A DNA stretch of 64,000 nt. Origin: an uncultured Candidatus Saccharibacteria bacterium. GTDB taxonomy: Bacteria; Patescibacteriota; Minisyncoccia; UBA9983. Positions 1 through 9,790 of the stretch are shown one piece after another (the first letter of the stretch is position 1; each line of letters begins with the position of its first letter). The DNA is taken from assembly GCA_964438405.1 (NCBI GenBank), contig CAYTKF010000001.1, positions 18,860 through 82,859 of the forward strand. Direction: 5' to 3'. The notes under the pieces were generated by a model. That model saw nothing but the letters and a program-made list of their open reading frames with translations, did not search any database and was not told the origin of the DNA. Both the position numbers and the translations under genes were made by a program.

Positions 1-154
1 TCAGACGGTAATCCTGCTGGGTGATGTAAGAATATCCAGCCGGAATATGAGCCACCTCGTCAAAGGTGGCTGAATCATTGCGTACAGAAAAGAACATCAG
101 CAAAAACATGAAGGCAAGAATTAACAGGGCAAAAATTTTCGTAATTTTATTCAC
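1..154 (-). CDS. N-terminal fragment of a membrane glycosyltransferase, ArnT/PMT-like; the gene continues beyond the window start
   Basis: Reverse-strand translation from GTG at 154: VNKITKIFALLILAFMFLLMFFSVRNDSATFDEVAHIPAGYSYITQQDYRL. It has a hydrophobic N-terminus and a DE-x-x-H motif like the neighbouring GT39-family gene. Confidence 0.35.
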   Translation of the reverse strand, partial: MNKITKIFALLILAFMFLLMFFSVRNDSATFDEVAHIPAGYSYITQQDYRL

Positions 155-1754
155 GGTATCTTTGTTGGATTAATACGTTTTGGTCGGTATAGGTGAAAAG
201 GCCGGGGATTGCTTCTGATAATTTTTTTCTCAGCTGTGGATCGTTTTTCATCATAAAAATTTGTATGGAACGTTCGCTGTTCGCCTCTTTTATAAAATTA
301 TCAATATCTTTCGGCAGGATATAATAAATATCTTTTTCGTCCTGTTTTTGTTTGAGATAGGTATCTGACAAAAACATTATGGGCAATGTTTGCATGGGTA
401 GAATTTGTGAGTCGCCGTCGCTGTTGGCAATGACATATTTTTTAATGCCGATTGGCGCGCGGTTTAAATAATTTCCCAGATCAGCCATGTCTTTATTAAA
501 CGACGATGCCACTTCCGGCCTAGCGGCCCAGTCCCAAAAATATTGCTTGTAGGTGTTTATGCAAAACACGATTAAAAAAGCAAAAAGCAGAACATTGAGC
601 TCAAATTTTATTCTAGAAAGCTGACGAATTTTTTCAGGATATTTTTCTTTCTGTGTTTTGAGCCATGCACTAATTTTTTCAATCAGCCAGACAGAACCTA
701 GTGCTGCAAAAATCATTGCTACGGGCGCGACAACAATACTGCGCAAAGCATGAGGCAGGCCTTCGTCGGAAATAACAACTGGCAGAAGCATTATTACTAA
801 CCAAGTAACTAGTAACCAATAACTGGCAACAGGTTCTTCTTTTTTTCTTATTTTTTTGACGCTGATTATTATGCCTATCAGAAATAAAATTGCCATTGGC
901 CACCAGAGTTCCGGATTGCCAGCGATATTATGGCGCCAGTTAAAATCTCCGACAACTAAAAACATGCCAATAGTTATGATAATATTTTTTGCCAGTTCAA
1001 GAATGGGTGATGCTGCGGAAAAAATAGAAATTTGCGATGTTCTGCCCAAGAAATCCTGCGGATGTGCAAAATAATAATTTGCAAGGGGATAGACTGCCAA
1101 ACAAACCCCTATTACAAAAAATACAAGAGCAAGAATTTTTTTATTTTTAAGTAATGGCCAGAGAGGAAAAATCAGCAGCAACGGAGCCATTCTATAAGAG
1201 ATATATGAATTAAAACCCAGGCTAAAAACAAAACCGGAAAAAAGTCCTAAAAGCCAGTTTGGCTTTCGCCGCAAAACAAAAACCAGCCACAAACCCCAGC
1301 ATAAAAAGAAAGGCGCCATTATCGCCCTGAATCCAATGCGGGAAAAATTTATATGCCAAAAACTGGTGGCAAGAAAAAGAGAGGCCAAAAGCGCTACAGA
1401 TTCTTTATTAAATAACTCTTTGGTTAATAGATAAAGGCCCCATACTGTTAAACTGCCAAAGATTGCACTTACTAATCTCAAAACCCAGGCTTCGTTGCCA
1501 AGATATTTTACTGCTATTGCCTGAATATCTATAAATAATCCTTCCCGGCCGTTATTGTCCGGGAAAAATGCCTTGATGTTTTTCCACAATCCGCCGGGCG
1601 CCTCAATCACCTCAAGGGTATTGGCGCCGTTCATGGCCTCGTCTGAATAAAGGCCCGGAGGAGCGGTTTTTAAGTCATAAAAACGCAAAAAGATGGCAAC
1701 TGCCATTATCAAAACAATAAAAATAAGATTGTACTTCTTTATTGCCTCTTCCAT
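147..1754 (-). CDS. Polytopic membrane glycosyltransferase, ArnT/PMT (GT39/GT83-like) family
   Basis: 535 aa with many TM segments. N-terminal YSDEAMNGANTLE motif is typical of the ArnT/dolichyl-phosphate-mannose mannosyltransferase family. Confidence 0.6.
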   Translation of the reverse strand: MEEAIKKYNLIFIVLIMAVAIFLRFYDLKTAPPGLYSDEAMNGANTLEVIEAPGGLWKNIKAFFPDNNGREGLFIDIQAIAVKYLGNEAWVLRLVSAIFGSLTVWGLYLLTKELFNKESVALLASLFLATSFWHINFSRIGFRAIMAPFFLCWGLWLVFVLRRKPNWLLGLFSGFVFSLGFNSYISYRMAPLLLIFPLWPLLKNKKILALVFFVIGVCLAVYPLANYYFAHPQDFLGRTSQISIFSAASPILELAKNIIITIGMFLVVGDFNWRHNIAGNPELWWPMAILFLIGIIISVKKIRKKEEPVASYWLLVTWLVIMLLPVVISDEGLPHALRSIVVAPVAMIFAALGSVWLIEKISAWLKTQKEKYPEKIRQLSRIKFELNVLLFAFLIVFCINTYKQYFWDWAARPEVASSFNKDMADLGNYLNRAPIGIKKYVIANSDGDSQILPMQTLPIMFLSDTYLKQKQDEKDIYYILPKDIDNFIKEANSERSIQIFMMKNDPQLRKKLSEAIPGLFTYTDQNVLIQQRYRE

Positions 1755-1786
1755 TGATTTTTATTTTAACATATAATTAATATGTT

Positions 1787-2395
1787 ATGAACAACTTCAA
1801 AAAAGATATCTTGTTAACAGTCATAATAGGAGAAATTGCTTCATGGCTGATTGTTTTTATTTCTCAAAATCTTTTTTTTGCGCCCTATTTAAAATATCTG
1901 CCCATAATATTTCCTCTGGCGTGTGTGTTGGGGCTTATTGTCGCTTACTTCTTGGGTAAGATTGCGCCGGTTGTTTATCAGCTGGCGAAATTTGTTTTGG
2001 TCGGCGGTTTGAATTTTTTAATAGACATATCTGTTTTGAGTTTTTTTGTTTTTACCACGGGCGTGGTATCGGGCTTGATGCAGTCAGGTTTTAAGGGGAT
2101 TTCTTTTTTGGTCGCTGTCATAAACAGTTATTTTTGGAATAAACACTGGACGTTTAAAAAAACGAACAATAAAAAATCATCCAAGGAATTTCTGCAATTT
2201 TTTGTGGTGAGTATAATTGGATTGACAATAAATATTATTGTTGATTACTTTTTTGTAAATAACATTCCGCCATTTAAGGGGGTCGACCCAACAACATGGA
2301 CTCAGCTGGGCGCGGTTATCTCTGCCGCGACCGCACTTACCTGGAATTTTATAGGATATAAATTCATAGTTTTTGATTCAAAAGATGGTTCATAA
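1787..2395 (+). CDS. GtrA-family membrane protein (polysaccharide/glycan translocation-associated)
   Basis: 202 aa with 4 TM helices. Motif LVGGLNFLIDISVLSFFVF resembles GtrA-like proteins. It sits adjacent and divergent to the glycosyltransferases. Confidence 0.5.
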   Translation: MNNFKKDILLTVIIGEIASWLIVFISQNLFFAPYLKYLPIIFPLACVLGLIVAYFLGKIAPVVYQLAKFVLVGGLNFLIDISVLSFFVFTTGVVSGLMQSGFKGISFLVAVINSYFWNKHWTFKKTNNKKSSKEFLQFFVVSIIGLTINIIVDYFFVNNIPPFKGVDPTTWTQLGAVISAATALTWNFIGYKFIVFDSKDGS

Positions 2396-3548
2396 AAAAG
2401 GGAAAATTATAGCGGTTATGGAAATATCCAGTTCCTCAATTGGCGGTATTTTGTTTGAACAAAACAAGAAAGACAAACCAAAAATTATTTCCACAATCAG
2501 AGTACCGGTGAATTTTCTTTTTGATGTCAGCTTTGAGGCCTTTTGGCGCTGCACCTGTGCCAGTTTTAAAAGTGCAATATTAATGCTTTTAAAAGATTAT
2601 CCAAGCGGACCGGACGAGTGCCTTTGCATTTTTCTTTTCCCTTGGTTTACACCGCAGAGCCGTATCATAAATTTTGAGAGGGAGGAGCCCATCAGGGTTG
2701 ATAGAAAACTTTTTGACGGTATTATAAAAAGCGAAGAGGAAATTTTTAAAACGCACTGGAGATCTTCTCCAGAATCAAACGGACAGCCGGAATTTATAGA
2801 GCATGAAATTTTGAAAGTGGAGCTTAACGGATATTATACTAAGGACCCCATTGGCAAAAAGACAAAAACAATAAAGATTTATTTTTATATGAGTCTGGGA
2901 AGTCAGAAGATAATTAAAGAAATTAAATCTTATATTCTTGATGGATTCGGCGGGATACCCCTGATTTTTAGAACATTTCCATACGTCTCCTTCTCTTTTT
3001 TAAGAGAAAATATGAATACCCAAGAAGGTTTTGTTGTTGTTGATATGAGGGGAGAAATGACAGATATTTCTCTTTTTAGAAAAGACAATATAGAAGAAAT
3101 AGTATCCTTTCCCAAGGGTAGAAATTTTTTCCTTAGAAAAATTGCCTCCAAATTCAACACCTTCCCACAGGAGGCATCATCTCTATTTGAGACCTATTTA
3201 AAAAAACACGCGGAAGATAGCAACGCCCAAAAAATTTCTTTTATAATAGAAGAGTCCCAAAGGGAATGGCGCGAATCTTTTAAATCCGCGCTGGAAAAAA
3301 TTTCCGGCTCCAAACCATTACCCCAGAATATCTTTTTTATAGGAGATGAGGCAATAGGAAATATGTTTATTAAATGCGCTGAGGGAGATGATTTCGCAAA
3401 ATTCACTATTTTTGGACAACCGTTTAATGTCAGTAAAATCCTTTTTGAGGGTTTAAATCAAAGCGTCAATTTTAATATGAAAAGGCCGGCTGAAAAAGGA
3501 GATGTATTTCTTTTAATGGAATCTATTTTTGCAAATAAAAATTTATAA
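2373..3548 (+). CDS. Hypothetical protein, possibly an actin-like ATPase fold (FtsA/PilM-like N-terminus)
   Basis: N-terminus IIAVMEISSSSIGGILFE resembles the first phosphate-binding motif of FtsA/PilM-type proteins. No other recognisable motifs. Confidence 0.3.
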   Translation: MIQKMVHKKGKIIAVMEISSSSIGGILFEQNKKDKPKIISTIRVPVNFLFDVSFEAFWRCTCASFKSAILMLLKDYPSGPDECLCIFLFPWFTPQSRIINFEREEPIRVDRKLFDGIIKSEEEIFKTHWRSSPESNGQPEFIEHEILKVELNGYYTKDPIGKKTKTIKIYFYMSLGSQKIIKEIKSYILDGFGGIPLIFRTFPYVSFSFLRENMNTQEGFVVVDMRGEMTDISLFRKDNIEEIVSFPKGRNFFLRKIASKFNTFPQEASSLFETYLKKHAEDSNAQKISFIIEESQREWRESFKSALEKISGSKPLPQNIFFIGDEAIGNMFIKCAEGDDFAKFTIFGQPFNVSKILFEGLNQSVNFNMKRPAEKGDVFLLMESIFANKNL

Positions 3549-4725
3549 TATTATGGCAAAAAGAATTATTGAAGACGTAATAAGAAAAAAGATAAAACGC
3601 GTGCCAGCACCAGAGGCACCGCAAAAACCACCGCAGGAGCCCAAAGCCCCCGGCAAAAAATCATCCAAGAAAATTTATTTTTTTGTTTTTTTGGTGCTGG
3701 CGGTTATTTTGGGAGCGGGGTTTGTTTTGATAAAATTTTCTTCTGCCAATATAAAAATAACGCCGAGGCAGCAGGTGATAAATATCGATGCCGTTTTTGA
3801 TAATTTGAGCTTTGAAATAATCCAGATGGCCAAAAAAAATTCTCTTTCTTTTAACGCCACCGGCATTTCAAAGGGCGGACAAAGTGCTCGGGGCACAATT
3901 GTCCTTTATAATACCTATAGTTCCAAGGGGCAGTATCTTTTGATTGACACACGCCTTTCAACACCTGATGGGAAAATATATAAAACAGAAAAGGCAGTCA
4001 CTATTCCTGGTAATGGCTCAGTGGAAGTTGGAGTTTATGCGGATAAACCAGGGCCGGATTGTAATATTGGGCTGACAGATTTTTCCATAGTCGGCTTTAA
4101 GGGTACGGCAAAATACGACAAAATTTACGGACGTTCCAAAACATTTATGACCGGAGGAGCGCTGGGGGATACTGTTGTTGCCACAGATGCAGATATAAAC
4201 AACGCCAAAAATTCTCTTGAGAGCCAGCTCACTGATTATTTTTTTGAACAAATGAACAAGCAAAAACCAACTGAATATTTGCTTTATAAAAACGCGCTGG
4301 CTACGGATTTTGTGGAAGAAGTGGGTAAAAATTTTTCTTTTATTGCCAGCGCAACCAGCACCGGGTTCTTGATTAAAAAAGACGGGCTTTCCGGCGCATT
4401 GGTTAAAAAATATCTGTCTCAGAACGGAGAAGACAATAGTAGTGTTTATGTATCAAATCTTGAAGACTTAAATTTTAATCTTGTTTCCAAAAATAACGAC
4501 AACACAAAAATGACTTTTGAAATAAAGGGCGATGCTAATTTTGTCTGGAAAACAGACGAAGAAAAACTGACCAATGATTTGATGTTAGTAAATAACGGAG
4601 ACTATGCGTCGGTCTTCCAAAATTATCCCAATATAGAAAAGGCGGAAATAATCTTTTCTCCCTCCTGGTGGCGCTATCTGCCGAGCGACAAATCAAGAAT
4701 CCATTTTGAAACAGTACTACAGTAA
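3529..4725 (+). CDS. Hypothetical membrane-anchored protein with a Pro/Lys-rich linker and a single N-terminal TM
   Basis: 398 aa. PAPEAPQKPPQEPKAPGKK is followed by the TM segment IYFFVFLVLAVILGAGFVLI and a large extracytoplasmic domain. Confidence 0.4.
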   Translation: MQIKIYNIMAKRIIEDVIRKKIKRVPAPEAPQKPPQEPKAPGKKSSKKIYFFVFLVLAVILGAGFVLIKFSSANIKITPRQQVINIDAVFDNLSFEIIQMAKKNSLSFNATGISKGGQSARGTIVLYNTYSSKGQYLLIDTRLSTPDGKIYKTEKAVTIPGNGSVEVGVYADKPGPDCNIGLTDFSIVGFKGTAKYDKIYGRSKTFMTGGALGDTVVATDADINNAKNSLESQLTDYFFEQMNKQKPTEYLLYKNALATDFVEEVGKNFSFIASATSTGFLIKKDGLSGALVKKYLSQNGEDNSSVYVSNLEDLNFNLVSKNNDNTKMTFEIKGDANFVWKTDEEKLTNDLMLVNNGDYASVFQNYPNIEKAEIIFSPSWWRYLPSDKSRIHFETVLQ

Positions 4726-6612
4726 ACTTTCTGGGTCTATATCTATTTTCCAGTTTGGCGTTAAAGATAACAATTTTTCGTAAAGTTTGGGCTGTTTGTC
4801 CGGCCAGGTTTCTGGGTCTAATTTTAAGAGCAAATGCCAGGAATAAATATTTTTTACTTTGGGAATAAATGCCGGATAAATTATTGGTTTCCATTCTTCT
4901 AAATCTCTTTTTAATTTTTCAATTTCTATTTTTAATTTTGAATTGTCCCTGCCTTCTTTGGTAATTTTAATTAAAAGTTTGAACGGCGGGTATTCAAAAT
5001 TTTTGCGGTTTTCAATTTCGTCTTTATAAAAACCGGAAATATTGCCCTTAACCACGTTGTCAAAAATTGAAGTTGATTCAGCCAATCTGCTCTGGATTAA
5101 AAAAGTCTTTTTTGCCAAATATCTGAGTTTTAATAAAATATGGAAAATTTTTTCATTGATTCTAAAGTCAGGCAGGCCGAAGAGAGAGTCAAGGGAAACT
5201 ACACCAACACGTTCTATGGGAGAATCTTTTAGGGCGTTAAAATAAGAAAAAATTATTTCCGTGCCTATTAAAATTGAGCCGGGCGAGTTCAAAAATTTTT
5301 CCGCAGTTTCCTTTCCCTGTTTTATATTTTTGATAATATCGCTGTCCATTCTAAAAATTTTAAATTTGGGAAAAAGTTTTTCTATTTCCTCAAAAACTTT
5401 TTCCGCGCCCATGCCCAGTGTTATCAATCTCCAGCTCTTGCAATAAGGGCATCTCTCCGGAGATTTTGTGATAGAGAGACATTTGTGGCAGACCCAGTCT
5501 CCGGGCGGTTTATGCAGAACAAGGGGCGTGGCGCATTTATCGCACAATATCACAAATTGGCAGTCCTGGCAGATAGTGGTCGGGCTATGCCCTTTGCGGT
5601 TGATAAACAAAAGAACCCTTTCGTTGTTTTTGTAGGCCTCTTCTATAATTTCTTTAAGCTGATGACTGATGACTAAAAGCTCTTTGGGCCTTTGCCAGTT
5701 CAAACTGCTCTGTTCCTTTTTCATGTCAACGATAATCTGTTCTGCCTCGGACAGGGGGCGGGAAAATGAGGGATTTTTTTCTTTGCCGAAAAAGGTTTCC
5801 GTCCGTATCAGAGAATCGCCGATGATAAAACGTTTTTTTGTTTTTCTGCATATTATTTCAATAATTTTTCTGACGTCGAGATGCGGCCTCTGTTCCAGCT
5901 TGTAAAGAGAAGAATTTTCTTCTTCCATAATTATGGTGCCGATATCTTTTCTCGGCAAAGAGAGAAAAGTTTTTGTGGCTGTTATCAAAACAGGATGTTC
6001 CTCCATTAAAATTTTACTCCACGTCTCCCTGATTTTTTTGGCCGGAATTTTACCGTGCAGAATAAAAGTATAATTTTCTATACCCTTTTGTATTTCCTGA
6101 GAAATTTTTTCCAGATCGGAAATCGCCGGCATACACAAAAAAACAGAATGCCCTCTGGCAAATTCTTCTCTGATTATGCTTTTATAATATTGAAAGCGGT
6201 CTTTGGGAGGATATTGCGCCAGAACAATTTCTTGTCTTGGAAGAGCAGTTTTGATATTCTCGTTTTTTAAAGGGGAAGGATTGTCAAAAATAATTGAGGG
6301 GACAAAATCTTTTAGCACTTCTCCCGCTGACGACAGAAAATATTTTGCGCCTTCTTCGCAGGCGCCTATAAAATCTTTATCAAAGAAACATGAAGCCTTT
6401 ACGCTTTTTATGGATTTTAGGACAAAACCAGACTTTTTGAGAGTGGACTTCAAACTTTTAAGCTCATCCACAGAAGAAACAATTGCCGGAATTATTCTTT
6501 TTTTAAGCGGTATGGTTACAAGAGCGCCCGGCTCCACGTCCTTGCTGGTAAAATAAGAAAGTTTTTCTTTCGGCACGCCCTTGGCAATGGGAATAACATT
6601 TGCGATTTTCAT
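4717..6612 (-). CDS. priA: Primosomal protein N' (PriA)-like; zinc-binding cysteine cluster intact but helicase Walker A/B motifs degenerate
   Basis: 631 aa. C-x2-C...C-x2-C...C-x2-C...C-x2-C cluster (CQDCQ..CDKC..CHKC..CPYC) is typical of PriA. The GxTGSGKT position reads QYPPKDRF and the DEEH position reads MEEEN. Confidence 0.6.
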   Translation of the reverse strand: MKIANVIPIAKGVPKEKLSYFTSKDVEPGALVTIPLKKRIIPAIVSSVDELKSLKSTLKKSGFVLKSIKSVKASCFFDKDFIGACEEGAKYFLSSAGEVLKDFVPSIIFDNPSPLKNENIKTALPRQEIVLAQYPPKDRFQYYKSIIREEFARGHSVFLCMPAISDLEKISQEIQKGIENYTFILHGKIPAKKIRETWSKILMEEHPVLITATKTFLSLPRKDIGTIIMEEENSSLYKLEQRPHLDVRKIIEIICRKTKKRFIIGDSLIRTETFFGKEKNPSFSRPLSEAEQIIVDMKKEQSSLNWQRPKELLVISHQLKEIIEEAYKNNERVLLFINRKGHSPTTICQDCQFVILCDKCATPLVLHKPPGDWVCHKCLSITKSPERCPYCKSWRLITLGMGAEKVFEEIEKLFPKFKIFRMDSDIIKNIKQGKETAEKFLNSPGSILIGTEIIFSYFNALKDSPIERVGVVSLDSLFGLPDFRINEKIFHILLKLRYLAKKTFLIQSRLAESTSIFDNVVKGNISGFYKDEIENRKNFEYPPFKLLIKITKEGRDNSKLKIEIEKLKRDLEEWKPIIYPAFIPKVKNIYSWHLLLKLDPETWPDKQPKLYEKLLSLTPNWKIDIDPESLL

Positions 6613-7466
6613 TTTAAATTTATTTGAATCAAGTTTTGATCGTCTAAAATATACAAAAAATTATCTTTGGAATAGACGGTAAAAATGGGGTCTTTGCCTT
6701 TATAAACCGGCTGAATGTTTCTTCCGCCGCGACCGTCAATTTCTATGGCATAGATGCTGTTTTGCATGGCAAAAATTATGAGGTCTTTTCTGTTTGGATA
6801 AAAATCAATATTTTTAATAAGGGTTTTTAATTCGTAAATTAAAAGCTGGGAAGAACAATTTTTATCGTCGCAAAAAAAATAGGGCAGGGAATTGGAATCA
6901 CTAAGCCATTCCGCCCAGATCTTGTTTGTTTGGGGATCCCACCAGATTTTTTCCTTGCTATTACTGGAAAGCCGGCTGTAATAAAGGTCTTTTTGTGCGT
7001 CAGTGGCTTTTTTATCAAGTGGTTTTTTAAGATTATTCAAGATATTTAAAATTTCTTCGTATTGCGAACTTTCAAGCGGCGAGAAATTTTCTCTAAGTAT
7101 TATTTTGCCATTGGGATTGCTTGGCACCATAAACGCCCTTGCCTCTGTTACTAATTTTTCTTTAACCGCAAGTTTTTTTGACCAAGGCCAATAATCATCT
7201 TTTGTTATGAGAACAGAATATTTGCCGGGCATCAGACTTTGCAAAAAGAGGTCGTTTTGCAGAAAGCCGGTTTCTTTTTCTTCTTTGTTGTTTACGAAAA
7301 TTTTTGAGCCGGAAACAGACGAAGCAATATAAAGTCCGCCGGTCCCGTAAAGCTTCAGTCCGCTGTCCCAGCGATAGCCCATGGTATATAAAAGAACAAC
7401 AGGCGAGGCAACCACAAAAAATAAGAAACACAAAATTAAAACTAATCTTCTGCTTTTGGCAGTCAT
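6609..7466 (-). CDS. Hypothetical signal-anchored protein
   Basis: 285 aa. N-terminal TM segment LVLILCFLFFVVASPVVLL. No recognisable catalytic motif. Confidence 0.4.
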   Translation of the reverse strand: MTAKSRRLVLILCFLFFVVASPVVLLYTMGYRWDSGLKLYGTGGLYIASSVSGSKIFVNNKEEKETGFLQNDLFLQSLMPGKYSVLITKDDYWPWSKKLAVKEKLVTEARAFMVPSNPNGKIILRENFSPLESSQYEEILNILNNLKKPLDKKATDAQKDLYYSRLSSNSKEKIWWDPQTNKIWAEWLSDSNSLPYFFCDDKNCSSQLLIYELKTLIKNIDFYPNRKDLIIFAMQNSIYAIEIDGRGGRNIQPVYKGKDPIFTVYSKDNFLYILDDQNLIQINLK

Positions 7467-7524
7467 TATTCTAATTTTTGCAGAAATTGACGTTAAAGTA
7501 AAGAAGATTTAATATTATACTGTT

Positions 7525-8538
7525 ATGGTTTTGTTTGTGAAAAAGCTCGGGATTGATTTGGGGACAGCTTCCACTCTTGTTTTTGTGCCAGGCCAGGGCA
7601 TTGTTTTGAATGAACCGTCTGTTGTGGCTGTTTCTGTGCCGGATAATAAGGTTCTGGCAGTGGGCAACGAAGCAAAGGCAATGATAGGAAAAACGCCTGA
7701 CACCATTATTGCTTATCGTCCCATGAAAGACGGAGTGATTGCGGATTATCGTGTGACAGAAGCAATGCTTAAATATTTTATTTCCAAGGCATTGGGCAAA
7801 TGGAATTTTTTCAAACCCGAAGTAATGGTTTCTGTGCCAGCCGGCGTTACGTCTACTCAAAGGCGGGCTGTTGTTGAAGCAGGAGTAAGGGCCGGCGCAA
7901 AAGCAGCTTATGTTGTTAAGGAGCCGGTTTTGGCAGCCATTGGCGCTGGCATTCCTATTAATGAGCCGTCAGGCCACATGATTGTTGATATTGGCGGAGG
8001 AACTATTGACGTGGCAGTAATTTCTCTGGGCGGAATTGTGGCTTCAAATTCTGTTAAATGTGCTGGAGATAAAATTGACCAGGCAATTGCTGATTACATC
8101 AAGAAAAATTTTAATTTGGCAATCGGCGACAGAACAGCCGAAGACATAAAAATTAATATCGGTTCGGCAGTGCCTGTTGATGAAGAAATGACATATAAAA
8201 TTAAGGGCAGAGATTTTCTGACCGGTCTGCCCAGAAGCGCGGAAATCACAACCAACGAAATAGTTAAGGCCATTGACGCGGAATTGCGGGAAATGATGCG
8301 CGCCATTAAAAATGTTCTACAGGATACGCCGCCCGAACTTTCTTCTGATATCATAGACAATGGTATCACCATGACCGGCGGAACTTCGCTTTTGAGAAAT
8401 ATAGATGAGCTTGTTTTCAGAAGCACCGGAGTAAAAGCAAAAGTTGCCGAAGACGCGCTTTTCTGCGTTGCCAAAGGCACAGGAGTTGCCCTAGACCACT
8501 TAAACGCCTACAAAAAAAGCATAATGGCGAAAAGATAA
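7525..8538 (+). CDS. mreB: Rod shape-determining protein MreB (copy 1)
   Basis: GIDLGTASTLVFV, DIGGGTIDVAV and GGTSLL actin-fold motifs; 337 aa. Confidence 0.9.
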   Translation: MVLFVKKLGIDLGTASTLVFVPGQGIVLNEPSVVAVSVPDNKVLAVGNEAKAMIGKTPDTIIAYRPMKDGVIADYRVTEAMLKYFISKALGKWNFFKPEVMVSVPAGVTSTQRRAVVEAGVRAGAKAAYVVKEPVLAAIGAGIPINEPSGHMIVDIGGGTIDVAVISLGGIVASNSVKCAGDKIDQAIADYIKKNFNLAIGDRTAEDIKINIGSAVPVDEEMTYKIKGRDFLTGLPRSAEITTNEIVKAIDAELREMMRAIKNVLQDTPPELSSDIIDNGITMTGGTSLLRNIDELVFRSTGVKAKVAEDALFCVAKGTGVALDHLNAYKKSIMAKR

Positions 8539-9218
8539 TGAAATCTATTTTGGATTTTCATATTGGAAGCGAGAATTTTCATCACGGATATTTGCTGATG
8601 GGGAATCTTGAAGAATCTAAAAAAATAGCTTTTGAAACAGCCAGAGTTATCTTGGACAAAAAAGATAAGCTTGAAACCCATCCGGATTTTTTTTACGAAA
8701 AATACGATTTATTCGGCATTGACGACAGCCATGAAATTATAGGCAAAGCGTCCAAACGTCCGTTGGTAGGCGATAAAAAAGTTTTTATTTTGGAAACCAA
8801 TGGCTTCAGCATCGAGTCGGCCAATGCTCTGCTCAAAACTTTTGAAGAGCCGTATGAAGGCACGCATTTTTTTATTTTATTGCCGTCGCTGGACGATGTT
8901 CTGCCAACTCTGCGTTCGCGCTTAGTTGTCATAAATACTGGCAGGGGAAATATAGAACCGGATGAAGAAAAAGAAGAAACTTTTGAGAAATTTTTAAAAA
9001 GCAATGCTGAAAAACGGCTTGAAATAATAAAAGAATTTTCTGACGACAGATTTACGGCAATGGAATTTTTAAATGGTTTAGAAATAATAATAAACAAAAA
9101 TAAAGAAAAATTATCTGCGCTTAATGAGATCGGCAGGTGCAGGAGTTTTCTTCTTAGCCGCGGCGCGTCAGCCAAAATGGTTTTGGAGCATATTGCGTTG
9201 GCTCTACCAAAAATATAA
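8538..9218 (+). CDS. holB: DNA polymerase III delta-prime (clamp loader) subunit-like, short form
   Basis: HGYLLMG...KKVFILETNGFSIESANALLKTFEEPYEGTHFFIL...LPTLRSR matches the HolB/DnaX AAA+ lid/sensor region. Start overlaps the mreB stop. Confidence 0.55.
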   Translation: MKSILDFHIGSENFHHGYLLMGNLEESKKIAFETARVILDKKDKLETHPDFFYEKYDLFGIDDSHEIIGKASKRPLVGDKKVFILETNGFSIESANALLKTFEEPYEGTHFFILLPSLDDVLPTLRSRLVVINTGRGNIEPDEEKEETFEKFLKSNAEKRLEIIKEFSDDRFTAMEFLNGLEIIINKNKEKLSALNEIGRCRSFLLSRGASAKMVLEHIALALPKI

Positions 9219-9227
9219 AATATATTT

Positions 9228-9779
9228 ATGAAGTACGATTTTTCCAAAACAAAAAATAAAGTGGAGGAGACAAAAGCGTTTTTTAAGCGCGAAATAGCCA
9301 GTTTGCGAACCGGCCGGGCAAGTCCTGTTCTTGTTGAAGATATTCTGGTTGATTCCTATGGCTCAAAATTGCCCATTAAGCATGTGGCCTCAATCAGCGT
9401 TGAAGACGCAAAAACCTTACGCATCACTCCCTGGGACATGTCAGTTATAAAAAATATAGAGAGTGCAATCAGTGGGTCAAATCTGGGCATTCAACCCATT
9501 GCAGACAAGCAGTCCATACGAGTTTCCGTTCCGCAATTGTCAGAAGAGAGGCGCAAGGCATTGCTTAAAATTCTTTCGGAAAAACACGAAGAGGCGAAAA
9601 TTTCTCTGCGCCAGGAGCGGGACGAAACATGGAAAGATATTCAGGACAGGGAAAAAAGAAAAGAAATGTCAGAAGACGAAAAATTCCGCTACAAAGATGA
9701 ACTGCAGAACCTGATAGACAGGGCAAACGAAGAACTGGAAAATCTGTCTGACAGCAAAAAATCAGAAATTAGTAATTAG
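9228..9779 (+). CDS. frr: Ribosome recycling factor
   Basis: LRTGRASPVLVEDILVDSYG...LRITPWD matches the RRF family; 183 aa. Confidence 0.9.
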   Translation: MKYDFSKTKNKVEETKAFFKREIASLRTGRASPVLVEDILVDSYGSKLPIKHVASISVEDAKTLRITPWDMSVIKNIESAISGSNLGIQPIADKQSIRVSVPQLSEERRKALLKILSEKHEEAKISLRQERDETWKDIQDREKRKEMSEDEKFRYKDELQNLIDRANEELENLSDSKKSEISN

Positions 9780-9790
9780 AAATTAAAAAT

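Noticed and set aside
679-1074. Antisense and alternate-frame ORFs (679..903 -, 856..1074 +) inside the ArnT-like gene. Likewise the many 60-120 aa ORFs in the track that lie inside or antisense to well-supported genes (for example 2930..3406, 3675..4894, 5042..6556, 7003..7860, 8094..9247, 20014..21339, 26626..28745, 57049..57894).
   Set aside because: Each overlaps a longer ORF with clear family-level motifs. Their translations are low-complexity or reflect codon bias (Cys/Arg/Ser-rich). No independent RBS or promoter is evident.
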